In this document: one piece after another, positions 25,874-36,041 of the stretch
How the letters are laid out: each line of letters opens with the position of its first letter
Position numbering within the stretch: position 1 is the first letter of the stretch
From: a virus
Reading direction: 5' to 3' (one strand)
IMG/VR virus record: IMGVR_UViG_3300005663_000028
Span: 64,001-128,000 of that record
Length of the DNA: 64,000 nt
Notes under the pieces: generated by a model
Database searches by the model: none
The model's input: the letters and a program-made list of their open reading frames with translations, nothing else
Told to the model about the DNA's origin: nothing
Made by a program: the position numbers and the translations under genes

Positions 25874-26185
25874 ATGTGGCAAAAAGCCATAGGGTTAGAT
25901 GGGGAACTTTACGATTCTATTTCGGAAGCTAAGGTAGCTGATTGGCTTTTGGAAAACGACATAGACTATGAACCCCACAAGAAACTACCCAAAAGCCGTA
26001 GTGTAACAGATTTTTACTTACCACAACTTGACTTATGGGTTGAATATGATGGATTAATGGAAGTACGTGCCGACGATAAACTAGAGAGAAAGCGAAAATT
26101 CTACGAAAAGCACGGATTGAAATTTTTAATAATCACAAGAGATAATTGGCAGAGAGATATACTCGAACAGATAGAATTGGGGTAA
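25874..26185 (+). CDS. Small PD-(D/E)XK endonuclease-like protein
   Basis: S..EAKVADWL...I.Y...TDFYLP..DLWVEYDG. Confidence 0.7.
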   Translation: MWQKAIGLDGELYDSISEAKVADWLLENDIDYEPHKKLPKSRSVTDFYLPQLDLWVEYDGLMEVRADDKLERKRKFYEKHGLKFLIITRDNWQRDILEQIELG

Positions 26186-26188
26186 AAG

Positions 26189-26509
26189 ATGCCCAAAAAA
26201 CATCAAACGTTTTATGCTGCGATATGCTTGGTTTTAAGTGTTGTCAGTGGGATTGCTGGAGCATCTTATTATGTGGGAGCAGGACAACAAAAGATGAATG
26301 ATGCAATAAACACTAATAGCATCAAAGTTGCTACCATTAAAACAGAGATAAATCAAGAACTAGACCGTTTTACCGAATTAATAGTTTTACAAATAACCCA
26401 ACTCCAAAACGCCACAGCACAATTAAACAATTCAGCCACAAGCTTACATACCGAAGTTCAAGTTCTCAAAGTTTTAGTATCTGGCTTAGAAAAAGAACGT
26501 AGTAACTAA
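26189..26509 (+). CDS. Membrane protein with coiled coil (possible holin-like)
   Basis: N-terminal hydrophobic helix FYAAICLVLSVVSGIAGASYYVG, heptad C-terminus, end of the late block. Confidence 0.45.
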   Translation: MPKKHQTFYAAICLVLSVVSGIAGASYYVGAGQQKMNDAINTNSIKVATIKTEINQELDRFTELIVLQITQLQNATAQLNNSATSLHTEVQVLKVLVSGLEKERSN

Positions 26510-26982
26510 TCATTCCATCCATACATAACTTCGATAGCACGACACAAAAGGGTTCGTAATATACAGGCTTCCCCCTCACTTATTGCATGTCTTACTACGG
26601 TTTTCTGGTCATCTCTTTTGACGCTTAGGTGAATACGAAGCATCCTGTTTTTATCGTAACCAAAGTACAGAACAGCATTGCCTTTTGGATTAGAATGGAA
26701 AAGACCTTTATGCTTTTTCGACTCTTGGTCAATTGGTCCAACCCCATCTTTAATACCCATTAGAACAGTGAGAAGCTCACCAAGATCAGATTCCCCCAAC
26801 TTGAATGAAATTTTATTAGGCCAATCGAAATTTGCATTTCCATCTTTATCCTTGCCCTTCTGATTAGCCATTTCAAGAAAAACACAATCCTTTTTGGAAC
26901 CGAGACTCCACTGTGACGCCGCCCCATTACCATCGTTTTTTGCCTTATAGAGTATAAAGCTTTTACTGTATTTATCCGCCAT
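26506..26982 (-). CDS. Whirly-like ssDNA-binding protein
   Basis: NFDWPNKISFKLGESDLGELL resembles the Whirly YDW..K..F.L...E.G.L motif. Confidence 0.55.
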   Translation of the reverse strand: MADKYSKSFILYKAKNDGNGAASQWSLGSKKDCVFLEMANQKGKDKDGNANFDWPNKISFKLGESDLGELLTVLMGIKDGVGPIDQESKKHKGLFHSNPKGNAVLYFGYDKNRMLRIHLSVKRDDQKTVVRHAISEGEACILRTLLCRAIEVMYGWND

Positions 26983-28034
26983 TATTCCTTCTCCTTTGCT
27001 TCTTTCATTTCTCTCATTTTTGTAGATATCGCCAAAGCATCTTCATACGTTAATGATCTAAGATTAATATCTCCATCAGAACTGAGTTCGCATACAATGT
27101 TCAAGTCGCCCACAACCTTGTCTATAGAAAACCCTTGTCGTTCGGCTATCATGCGAATCATTGTAATTTGAGCCCCGTGGATGGCACCTCCAGGTTGAAC
27201 ATCAGCAGTAGCAGCAACAGTTTTACTGACTTCTTCTGCCGCAACAACACGTTTTAGACCCAAGGCGTTGCGATACACCCTACCCTTAGCCCTAGTATCT
27301 GCCATGGCAACCAAGTAAGTAGCGTAATCCTCGAAACAATTGGCGGCATTTGCATCAGCTAAAGCCTCAAACCTTTTTTCATAACCATTCTCGGTAAGGA
27401 ATACTACCCAAGCCTTTGCGCATGCCCTAAAATTGTTTTCTTCTGAAGGGGCTGCTATTAAATCGCATCCTTCCTCCATTATGACACCAACTAGTTCTCC
27501 AGCTATACGCCTCAACCCTTCTACCCTAGGATTCCCCTTATCCATTTCATCGTCATCAAATTTGCCCAAAACATATTGGGTCCATCTAGGATCACTGGGT
27601 GTGGGCGGAGCCGAATTGTATGTGTCAGCGGCGTCCTGTAGGGCTTCGTTCGGCTCCACGTCTTTGGTAACCACTTCTTTGAAAATATCTCGATCTCGAT
27701 TGGAAAGCTTCGTTTCTGGAACCTCATTTTTTACAACAACGTCCTGTATTGTCCCAACTACAGTCTCACTTTTTGTGTCTTGCTGAACAACAGCCTTAGC
27801 CTCAACCTTAATTCCCACATCATCGTCATCATCTTCTTCAACAACAACCTTCGTCAATTCTGAAAGTCCCTGTTCTCCACTTTGATGGGCCTTGAGTTTT
27901 GCGAGCAATTCCGGCCTCTTGAGCTTCTTCCCTTCGTCGTCAAGCAAATCCTTTTCACTATAACCACAAGAAAGCAACTTGACGGCTAATTGATTTTTAC
28001 TCATTTTTGTGGGCGATACTGTTTCGTCACTCAT
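26982..28034 (-). CDS. Putative Rad52/Sak-like single-strand annealing protein with acidic N-terminal extension
   Basis: PRVEGLRRIA...F.ALADA...VAMADTRAKGRVYRNALG core. Confidence 0.5.
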   Translation of the reverse strand: MSDETVSPTKMSKNQLAVKLLSCGYSEKDLLDDEGKKLKRPELLAKLKAHQSGEQGLSELTKVVVEEDDDDDVGIKVEAKAVVQQDTKSETVVGTIQDVVVKNEVPETKLSNRDRDIFKEVVTKDVEPNEALQDAADTYNSAPPTPSDPRWTQYVLGKFDDDEMDKGNPRVEGLRRIAGELVGVIMEEGCDLIAAPSEENNFRACAKAWVVFLTENGYEKRFEALADANAANCFEDYATYLVAMADTRAKGRVYRNALGLKRVVAAEEVSKTVAATADVQPGGAIHGAQITMIRMIAERQGFSIDKVVGDLNIVCELSSDGDINLRSLTYEDALAISTKMREMKEAKEKE

Positions 28035-28611
28035 TTTTTGTCTCCGTTAGTACTAACTTAACCAGTGCCTCTACATCACAATCTGGCACAATAGTATCAT
28101 GTACCTTAATATCAAATTCTGCTTCGATCAACTCTTTGTGGGATTCGTGCCTAACAATAACCACTGCCCGTGGATCACAATATGCAATCCTTAATTTTGA
28201 ACCATACTGTGGCTTGTTAATGAATTCTGGGTCAAAAGCATAATGGTAAATTGTTGATGCATTGCTTTCTAAAGCTTCGATTGTTGTGCCTATGCTTGTA
28301 GTTATCAAGGGGTAATTACCCCATCTCATCAAATCTGACGGAGCAAATATTGGACACAATGGTTGAATGCAAGGTGGAATGATATGTTGACTAAATATAC
28401 AAATATCTATTCCAGCATATGTTTTACATAAACGATTGATTGAACTAATCCCCAGATAATTTAAGTGAGATACACCCAGGTGGTTGAAGAAGAATCCAAC
28501 GATTTGTAAGTCGTCGTTGAGCCCCAATCCAATTTTGGCCATTTCTTTCGTTGCCTTTTCTTTTCGCCGTACTGCTTCTGTGTGCCCAGGATTTTTCTTC
28601 TTCTTACTCAT
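28027..28611 (-). CDS. Hypothetical protein of glycosyltransferase cluster
   Basis: Start placed at ATG 28611; last gene of GT cluster A. Confidence 0.55.
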   Translation of the reverse strand: MSKKKKNPGHTEAVRRKEKATKEMAKIGLGLNDDLQIVGFFFNHLGVSHLNYLGISSINRLCKTYAGIDICIFSQHIIPPCIQPLCPIFAPSDLMRWGNYPLITTSIGTTIEALESNASTIYHYAFDPEFINKPQYGSKLRIAYCDPRAVVIVRHESHKELIEAEFDIKVHDTIVPDCDVEALVKLVLTETKNE

Positions 28612-29374
28612 TCTGCTTACCTCGTCGCTGTACAGCACTTTTCCGAGCAGCATCCTCGCATTGATCTATTAATTGTCTAGCAGCGTCATCAATAGGAGTA
28701 ACAGTATTGTGATGAAGTGGGGCGGGTATGTGATATATTAATCCTATTTCAGATAACCTCAAGAGAAGATCGTAATCATCTCTAATTGGCATTTGTTCAT
28801 TGAACCCACTTTTGAGTTTAGGAAACACCTGGGGACGTATTAAAAAATTACGGTCATACGAATAATTAGCCAAAAATCTTTGCATATCAAACGATTGGTG
28901 GAAAATCCTCTCTGTTCTACCATCTGGATGATGATTATCACAATCACTTACTACACAAGCTATCGATGGATTAACCTGGAAAACCCCAATGGTTTGTGCA
29001 ATTTTATCTGGTGTATACCAACTTTCAGGGTCCATAAATCCAAACATAGTAACACCTTGCCACTCTGCCTGAAGTGCCGCATTGAGTGTGTGGCCGATTG
29101 TACTCAATCGCTTACGAAAAATTCTAACAGGAACACCGTTAAGTTCCCCACTAAATTCTGGGGGTAAACCGACTTTGTCGCCAATTGTAACTGGTTCTGC
29201 TTTAAGTAACTTACATAGAACATCGTATGTTCCATCCTGAGAATCATTGTCTCCAACCACCACTTGATTAGCTGGACGAATACCAATAGTTACTGAATTT
29301 AATGCCTTCGCTATGGTTTTGGCATTATTGTGAGTTGCAATGACTATGGCAACATTTTCTTTGTCTTGCATCAT
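28604..29374 (-). CDS. Glycosyltransferase family 2
   Basis: IVIATHNNAKTI..AL.SV...VVVGDNDSQDGT...EDYDL-like DDYDLLLRL. Confidence 0.85.
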   Translation of the reverse strand: MMQDKENVAIVIATHNNAKTIAKALNSVTIGIRPANQVVVGDNDSQDGTYDVLCKLLKAEPVTIGDKVGLPPEFSGELNGVPVRIFRKRLSTIGHTLNAALQAEWQGVTMFGFMDPESWYTPDKIAQTIGVFQVNPSIACVVSDCDNHHPDGRTERIFHQSFDMQRFLANYSYDRNFLIRPQVFPKLKSGFNEQMPIRDDYDLLLRLSEIGLIYHIPAPLHHNTVTPIDDAARQLIDQCEDAARKSAVQRRGKQNE

Positions 29375-30183
29375 AGTAATATATCCGTAGAAAACCATGA
29401 AAGTCCTATTTCAGTTTCGGCTTCTTCATCCCTGAGTCGTTCGGTAAATGACTTATCTGATTCAGTCAAATGTAAATATGGCTTGGTTATAAACAGTCCA
29501 TAAGTAAGATTATAAGGAGTAAATATTGTTGATCCCATCTTATAAGGGAAAGACCAATGAATCACCCTACTAGGGACACGCCTGACCATTGATGCAAATT
29601 GTCTAAATTTTTCTGGTGATATGGTGCTTCCTGCTGGAATGGCAAGAAAAAATGGGGATGTAATTAGTTTCGATATTCTTTTTATTGTTTTTTCACCATC
29701 TTGTATAGGCTCATGGCTTGAACTACTATTTGCTACAATGGGCGTATTTGGTATTGAACCTGCGTCCTCGCATACTAAATTGGAGAGCGTTAATGTTGAT
29801 TGTCTCTTGTTAATATACTGTAATGCTAAATTCTCCCGATGACTTCCAAAACCAGTAACATCCACTATGATAATTTTGTTTGCGTAGTGAAAGTACCAAT
29901 TGGGGTCGAGTGTATGATCTAAATCTTCAATACTATTAAGTGACTCATCAAAAAATATCAATAGATCAAATTTAAGGCCACATTCTTCTAATACTTCTCG
30001 TTGTAATTCTGAAAGTTCAGTTGTATTTTGTTTTTTAGCCCACTTAGAACTTCGACAGAGTCTACAATATCCAGGTGCGAACGCTTGTTCGTTTTTTAGT
30101 GCAAATACCTGTTTCAACACACATTTCTTGGCACAACCTCTTCGATCCAAAAAACAACATCTTTCACAATCAGTTGTTATCAT
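29371..30183 (-). CDS. Hypothetical protein, Cys-rich N-terminus, possibly degenerate GT-A
   Basis: CERC...C...C...CRLCR; inside the GT cluster. Confidence 0.5.
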   Translation of the reverse strand: MITTDCERCCFLDRRGCAKKCVLKQVFALKNEQAFAPGYCRLCRSSKWAKKQNTTELSELQREVLEECGLKFDLLIFFDESLNSIEDLDHTLDPNWYFHYANKIIIVDVTGFGSHRENLALQYINKRQSTLTLSNLVCEDAGSIPNTPIVANSSSSHEPIQDGEKTIKRISKLITSPFFLAIPAGSTISPEKFRQFASMVRRVPSRVIHWSFPYKMGSTIFTPYNLTYGLFITKPYLHLTESDKSFTERLRDEEAETEIGLSWFSTDILL

Positions 30184-30650
30184 TTCGAAGCCTCTACGTA
30201 AATAGCAACACCTTCGTATCTTTTTAAGATAAGGGTTAATCCAGTGTCAGATATGATCGCGAGCAACGTATTTACGTCTATCGCAGACAATCTATTGTCT
30301 CCATTTTCCTGTGTGCCAAACATGATCTTTAGGAATTCTGGTAGGTCTAATTGTCCCAGGTAGAATGCTTGCGAGACAACAAAGCAATCAGGTACTAAGA
30401 TTTTCAGGATACCGCCAGGAACCAATTTTTGAGCCCAGTTAGCAATTGCTGGCTGAACTTCATTTGACGGGAGATACTCCAAACAGTCTATTGCTATAAT
30501 TTCATCAACAGTGCCGTCTTCCGCTAGCCAATCTAGGGAACGAATATCTCCTTGACGATACACGTCTTGGGACATCTTTCCTTGTGGCAAGCGGTCGATA
30601 TTCACAAATCCAGATCGCACGTCACTTCCGCACCCTAGATTAATTTTCAT
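30180..30650 (-). CDS. Class I SAM-dependent methyltransferase (type 11-like)
   Basis: KINLGCG.....GFVNID...LVPGGILKILVPD. Confidence 0.85.
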   Translation of the reverse strand: MKINLGCGSDVRSGFVNIDRLPQGKMSQDVYRQGDIRSLDWLAEDGTVDEIIAIDCLEYLPSNEVQPAIANWAQKLVPGGILKILVPDCFVVSQAFYLGQLDLPEFLKIMFGTQENGDNRLSAIDVNTLLAIISDTGLTLILKRYEGVAIYVEASK

Positions 30651-30846
30651 TTTTGTTTACTCCTTTTATAGTTTCCTTGCATATAGCAACAGCCTGACGA
30701 AGAACAGCAAAACCAGCCTGTTCTGCCAAAGTATAGGGAGGTATCTCATACGATGAATCATAACATAAATCAAATTCATAGATACATTCCAAATCGATTC
30801 CCAATTTATCTTTCTTGTCCTTAATTACGATACTTAGTTTAACCAC
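30640..30846 (-). CDS. Hypothetical protein
   Basis: 68-aa ORF overlapping the next start. Confidence 0.55.
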   Translation of the reverse strand: MVKLSIVIKDKKDKLGIDLECIYEFDLCYDSSYEIPPYTLAEQAGFAVLRQAVAICKETIKGVNKNEN

Positions 30847-30860
30847 TTATTGCTCCAGTT

Positions 30861-31910
30861 CTATGCCAACCTACCCGTTGGACATTTTGCGGTTTTCCAA
30901 AGCACTTCATTCCAGGCATCAAGAAATTGTTGCTGCCCAAATTGTTTCAATACTGTTTCTCTGCCAGCAGCACCAATTTCGAGTGCCATATCCTTGTCTT
31001 CGATTAAATCTACGAGTCTTTCCCTCATTACCTTTGGATCATTTGTAATAAACCCATTCTCTCCATCTTTGATGAATTCGGGCATTGCAGTAGTAGCCGT
31101 TGTAACAATAGGACAGCCAACAGACATTGCTTCAAGTAGTCCAAATGGGGTTGTGGACCACAGGGTCGTATTGAGGAAAACTGAAGCATGACGATAAAGT
31201 TCACGTAAATGGTCTGTATTATCTGCCATTACCGAGAAGCCTGGACTATCACCCCATGCAGATGTTTGAAGACCTTTGGTTACCTCTTTGTATAGATCAA
31301 AACCACATATTGAATTTCTTTGTGGATAATTCCATACCGCTGTCATCACTTTAGAATCCCCTCCAACCCAGCCATTCCAATAGTCCGTATCCATGCCATG
31401 TCTGATTACTGTGACATTCGGATCATCTAGGTCGTGGAACCATGCTCCCACAGAAAAATTCGCCATAAACACATTATGATCGCACTTAAGGTGCCCAACT
31501 CTTTCTATTGTTTCGTCGTCCCACGAAGGCCAGGGCAATGTGTGTTGTGCTGCCAGTAGCGAACAATTTAATTGCTGGGCTAATTGGATTAGAATTGGGT
31601 AGTGATCTATCGAATTTTGTGTAAGCACCAAATCAAAAGCAATATCTGTTTTCAATTGCTGAGTAATATCGCCGCCCCCTAACGGGAAAATATTTGGAGG
31701 CATGGCGCGTTCTCTTTGGTCCCATTGATGTGCTTGAGGGTGATTTAACATGAAAAAGTTATGTCCAGTTTTTGCTAATGTGGCTTGGTATGATTCATGG
31801 TTTAACATAAAAAGAATATTTAACGGACGATTCCTGTCTCTGTTGATGCTTCTTAAAATTGAACTCAATGGCGCTGGCATTAGTCCCACCTCCTTGGTCG
31901 TCCACCACAA
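30861..31910 (-). CDS. Glycosyltransferase family 4 (GT-B)
   Basis: VIRHGMD...LYRHASVFLNTT...LLEAMSVGCPIVTT...EFIKDGENG. Confidence 0.9.
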   Translation of the reverse strand: MWWTTKEVGLMPAPLSSILRSINRDRNRPLNILFMLNHESYQATLAKTGHNFFMLNHPQAHQWDQRERAMPPNIFPLGGGDITQQLKTDIAFDLVLTQNSIDHYPILIQLAQQLNCSLLAAQHTLPWPSWDDETIERVGHLKCDHNVFMANFSVGAWFHDLDDPNVTVIRHGMDTDYWNGWVGGDSKVMTAVWNYPQRNSICGFDLYKEVTKGLQTSAWGDSPGFSVMADNTDHLRELYRHASVFLNTTLWSTTPFGLLEAMSVGCPIVTTATTAMPEFIKDGENGFITNDPKVMRERLVDLIEDKDMALEIGAAGRETVLKQFGQQQFLDAWNEVLWKTAKCPTGRLA

Positions 31911-32065
31911 ATATCACGGTTGCAATTACATCCAGCACAAACATCACGACCTTCTAGTGTTTCAGAATAAATCAATGGTCCAGCAATATCTATGTGTAAA
32001 ATACACGTTTCAGGAACATATCCCTGTTGAATCATCAATTCTTTACCCCGCTCACCTTCAAACAT
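31880..32065 (-). CDS. Small Cys-containing hypothetical protein
   Basis: 61 aa, fills the gap between two GT genes. Confidence 0.5.
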   Translation of the reverse strand: MFEGERGKELMIQQGYVPETCILHIDIAGPLIYSETLEGRDVCAGCNCNRDICGGRPRRWD

Positions 32066-33255
32066 TATGATACTCCAAGTAATTCCCTAGCTATGACCCC
32101 AACTTTATCGTAGCTAAACTCGGCCGCTCGTTGTTTCGCAGCTTCGCCCATAATCCCTAATTCTTTGTCTTGCCACATCTTATAAGCACTCTTCATACAC
32201 TCAATAAAATGACAAACATTCGGCTCGAACCAACTTTCTTCCCCCGTGTATAAATCCGGGAAGCTATCCGTATGTCCAAAGCATGGAGTCAATTGTCCAT
32301 CTATGAGCCATCCGGCTTCAGTTGTTCCTGATCCATCGCTCGAAAATATGTTGTCTCGCGAAAACCAGTATCTATCAACATACGTACTATCAACCAATTC
32401 CGGATAAGACCCCCAATTACTCAATATCACAGGATTTCCAAATCCCATAGCGTCATGCGCCGGAATTCCCCATGCTTCTCCGTGACTTGCCGAGACGAAT
32501 ACATCACACGCCATATGCAATCTATCCAATTGCTCATCCGGAAGGAAATCAGTGATACACACTACTGGGGGATAGTAAGGGTGTCGAGCATAAATGTGTA
32601 TCGATTTTTTAATGTCGTCGATAGTACTTTGAACAACGCTCCTTGCTTCTTCTGGTGTTTTACCAGGAACATTAGTCTTAATAACAAGAACAACATCGTC
32701 TCGTAAACTGAATGCTCCATAGAAAGCCCTCAAAATAGCTACGACATTTTTTCTACGACTCATTTCACCAATTGTGTAAAACACGCACTTGTTTTTTAGT
32801 CGTGGAATATTCAATGGCTCTGGGGGACTGTTGAACCTTTGAATATCACAGGCACATGGAAGTATTTTGGTTGGAGTGGTAACCTTGCTGTTTTTTATTG
32901 CCTGCACGTTCTGGGTAGATGGAACCCATAATTCGTCCATAAGGTTACAGCAGTGACCCCAGTTTGATTTATTAAAATGAGAAGTCTCCCAACAAAAAAT
33001 ACCAACGTTTTTAACACCCGCCTTGTATTCAAATTGATGAGGAAGAACGTGCTGGATAACTACATCGACACCATCGGTTGTTTTATTCTCTAGGTGTTCC
33101 ACCCTTTTCGCTAGTTCATTGTTTTGCGACGGAGAAAACTTAACCGCACGGGCGACAACATCAATTCCACCAGCCTCTAAAGCCAAAATGTTGTTCACGG
33201 CCTGGGCACTGTATCCAGTTCCATCTCTGTAAACACCTATGTAACATATTTTCAT
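32065..33255 (-). CDS. Glycosyltransferase family 4 (GT-B)
   Basis: GTGYS...RKNV..IL.AF...LHMACDVFVSASHGEAWGIPAHDAMGFGNPVI. Confidence 0.9.
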   Translation of the reverse strand: MKICYIGVYRDGTGYSAQAVNNILALEAGGIDVVARAVKFSPSQNNELAKRVEHLENKTTDGVDVVIQHVLPHQFEYKAGVKNVGIFCWETSHFNKSNWGHCCNLMDELWVPSTQNVQAIKNSKVTTPTKILPCACDIQRFNSPPEPLNIPRLKNKCVFYTIGEMSRRKNVVAILRAFYGAFSLRDDVVLVIKTNVPGKTPEEARSVVQSTIDDIKKSIHIYARHPYYPPVVCITDFLPDEQLDRLHMACDVFVSASHGEAWGIPAHDAMGFGNPVILSNWGSYPELVDSTYVDRYWFSRDNIFSSDGSGTTEAGWLIDGQLTPCFGHTDSFPDLYTGEESWFEPNVCHFIECMKSAYKMWQDKELGIMGEAAKQRAAEFSYDKVGVIARELLGVS

Positions 33256-35012
33256 TACATCACCACCGCATCAAATTGTTCTTCAGTCTTACCGCTCAAA
33301 CTCTTCAATCTTCGTTCTTCAACAACATTCGCTTCTTGTACCATCTTTATGAAGTGTTCCACAAGCACTTGACGGTTAAATGGTATTCGATTCTCCCCAA
33401 CTGTTTTCGATCCACTGTTTAGGCATTGAAGCCACTCTCCAGCAAAGTGTTTATTCTCATCACCTTTGGAACCCATTCTTGTGTTAGAACGACGAACTAA
33501 CTCTGGATGACCCCAAACATCTCCGATAACCCAGTCAACAAACTCGTTGTTACTCATATCATTGCTTGGCGGAACTAGAACTGGCTTTCTGATGCGAGAA
33601 GTTGGGCAGAGCCAAGTATCTTTCTGGTCTTTAATTTCAGTCTCACGAAGAACTTGTCCCCAAATTGCCGCTGTTCTATCCCATCCTCTACGACACATTT
33701 TGATGTCTTGCCCATAAGTATCAACTAATTCTTCGGCATATGCTCTAGTTTGTTTGGATTTATCGTCACGTACAGACTCACTCTGTTTAAGGAATTTGTC
33801 CAGTTTATTTGCGAAATCTTGATTATCTGGAAGTGCTCGTTTTTGTTCCGTTTCTATAATGGATTCCCAGAAAAAGCGGCCAACATCAATGGGAATACTG
33901 GTGGGGCATTGAAAATAATCTTCCATTGCAGAATATCTTGGTGCTGCAACCGGAACACCACAAGCCATTGCTTCCCATGCTGGCATGCCGGCGCCCTCAC
34001 AGATCGAGTATTGGACATACAAATCAAATGACTTCATAATATCCGCGAGTACGTCTCTCGGACATGAGTGACCTGCATTTGGTGGACGAGAGGCAAGTTT
34101 TCCACATTTACGACAAATTACCAATTCCCCAGCAAAAAATGATGGATAAGCTACGTGACAATTGGCACATAAATATGTCATAATTACTTTATTGCCTATC
34201 TTGAAATCTCTAATGGCTTTGCCCATATCGTACCCAACGTCAGGGTAACTAGTGTGTAAGTAAAGAAATGTCCGTTTAGCTAATTCTACATGACCTTTGG
34301 ATTTAGATTTGTAAAGCCACATAGAAAATGCTTCTATTAGATCGTAAAACAATTTTCTCTTTTGATTTCGAGCCGTCATACCTATAATCAAAGAGTTTGG
34401 ATCAATTCCAAGTTTAACCTTATGATCTCTTTTGTTTTTTGGTGGCTTAAATATTTCTAAGTCAACACCCGGTGATGCTAGAGTTACAAGTTCTGTTCCC
34501 CTCCTACCAGTTCTCTTAAGTAAATCCATCCCATATTCAGAATATGTAAGAATACGGTCACACTGACGATATGAATCCAACCACAGTTCTCTTTGAGGTT
34601 CTCCGTCAATCGTAGGCATCCATATAAATTTGAAATTTTTACGGAACGGAGACCTCAAAATAAATTCATCCATCCAAAAATCCCTAATTCCCACTACGAT
34701 GTCTGGTTTGAAGTCCAGGCACACATCATCAAATACTAACTCACCAAAATGACTGCGAGGTTGATCGGCCATATATTTCTGCATCGCCTGTTTATCACTT
34801 CTCGCAGGTGCTGCCGGATAGAACTTCCACGGAACTTGTTGACAACGAGGATCGTCCGCATGACCGTAACTTCCAATTTCTAAAATTTCGAATTCTCCCG
34901 TAGCGTGTAATCGACCAAGAACCTCGTTGTAATAAGTGCTGAAACCCGTAGCAAGGAAACTTGCTTCACCAGTAAATAAAACTCGCCGCTTTCTTTTAGT
35001 CTCCATAACCAC
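33255..35012 (-). CDS. Glycosyltransferase family 4 with inserted zinc ribbon
   Basis: TGFSTY...ARNQKRK...DLYVQYSICEGAGMPAWEAMACGVPV; internal CANC...CRKC. Confidence 0.88.
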   Translation of the reverse strand: MVMETKRKRRVLFTGEASFLATGFSTYYNEVLGRLHATGEFEILEIGSYGHADDPRCQQVPWKFYPAAPARSDKQAMQKYMADQPRSHFGELVFDDVCLDFKPDIVVGIRDFWMDEFILRSPFRKNFKFIWMPTIDGEPQRELWLDSYRQCDRILTYSEYGMDLLKRTGRRGTELVTLASPGVDLEIFKPPKNKRDHKVKLGIDPNSLIIGMTARNQKRKLFYDLIEAFSMWLYKSKSKGHVELAKRTFLYLHTSYPDVGYDMGKAIRDFKIGNKVIMTYLCANCHVAYPSFFAGELVICRKCGKLASRPPNAGHSCPRDVLADIMKSFDLYVQYSICEGAGMPAWEAMACGVPVAAPRYSAMEDYFQCPTSIPIDVGRFFWESIIETEQKRALPDNQDFANKLDKFLKQSESVRDDKSKQTRAYAEELVDTYGQDIKMCRRGWDRTAAIWGQVLRETEIKDQKDTWLCPTSRIRKPVLVPPSNDMSNNEFVDWVIGDVWGHPELVRRSNTRMGSKGDENKHFAGEWLQCLNSGSKTVGENRIPFNRQVLVEHFIKMVQEANVVEERRLKSLSGKTEEQFDAVVM

Positions 35013-35583
35013 TCCGGATCAATTTCGGTTTCAAACTCTTAGTCTTCAACCATTGTTGTTTTCTATTAACACCAAGCCGCTCAACAGTTTCGTCAATACA
35101 TGCTCTAATAAAAATTCTGTCTTCTTCGGTCAATTGATTTGATGACAAAATATCGTTGAGCACATTAAATGACTCCAATTCCACTGACGGTTCGTTAAGA
35201 AGTTTATCCAAAAAACTGAGATCAATCAATGACTGTAAGTCCATAAATCTTTTCTGTGAAATTTGGAGTTCGTCGCAAATCTCCAATTCTGTTTTCCCCA
35301 TAGCCAAAAGCATCTCAATCTTAAGTGCTAACCTTTTAGTCCCATGTGGAGCAGAAGCGGCAAACATGGCATCCATAGCAGTATCTCTCATGGTACGAGC
35401 CACCGCAGCAATAGCATACGAAATAAAGTCACGATGTTCGTATTGACCCCCACTGATTTCCGCCAACTTAAGATGCCCTGCTTGAATGTAGTCATCCTTG
35501 TCAGCACAACAACTAGGATAGAGATAGGCAATTTTTGTCGCAAATCTCTCCATAAATACATCAAGAGTCCGCCGACGTTCCAC
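34996..35583 (-). CDS. Phage RNA polymerase sigma-70-family factor
   Basis: Region 2 DKDDYIQAGHLKL...FISYAI..V; region 3 ELEICDELQIS...LSFLD; region 4-like LTEEDR...LGV.RK. Confidence 0.7.
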   Translation of the reverse strand: MERRRTLDVFMERFATKIAYLYPSCCADKDDYIQAGHLKLAEISGGQYEHRDFISYAIAAVARTMRDTAMDAMFAASAPHGTKRLALKIEMLLAMGKTELEICDELQISQKRFMDLQSLIDLSFLDKLLNEPSVELESFNVLNDILSSNQLTEEDRIFIRACIDETVERLGVNRKQQWLKTKSLKPKLIRSGYGD

Positions 35584-36029
35584 TAGAAAGGGATCTCGCT
35601 ATCATCAACATCTGGCACCGGCACGGACTCTGGCTTTGGCTCTGACTCTGGTTTTGGCTGTGATGTTTCCGACTTTGTCGGAACATCACTCTTCTTGTGT
35701 CCATTTTTTTCCACCAATTGGAAATCACGAATGTTCATCGAATGTGCAGTACGCTTTTGACCATCCTTTTCCCACTTATCCTGCTTCATGTAACCTGTTA
35801 CATAGACGGGCTGACCAGACTTAACTATTTCAGCCATTTTTTCCGCACGAGTCCCCCATATTTGACCCCTCAGAAAACAAACCTCTTTTTCGTAATCTCC
35901 ATCCTGTTTCTTGTAGCTACGATTGAAAGCCAAGTTAATAGTACAGACCGGAGTATTTTTACTACCAACATACCTCAATTCCGGGTCTCCCGCCGCCACA
36001 CCAACACCAACAACCATTAATTCTGCCAT
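35583..36029 (-). CDS. ssb: Single-stranded DNA-binding protein
   Basis: DPELRY...LAFNRSY...WG..AE......G..VYV.G...Q..WE.DGQKR; acidic tail ending DDSEIPF. Confidence 0.95.
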   Translation of the reverse strand: MAELMVVGVGVAAGDPELRYVGSKNTPVCTINLAFNRSYKKQDGDYEKEVCFLRGQIWGTRAEKMAEIVKSGQPVYVTGYMKQDKWEKDGQKRTAHSMNIRDFQLVEKNGHKKSDVPTKSETSQPKPESEPKPESVPVPDVDDSEIPF

Positions 36030-36041
36030 TTCATTTACTCC

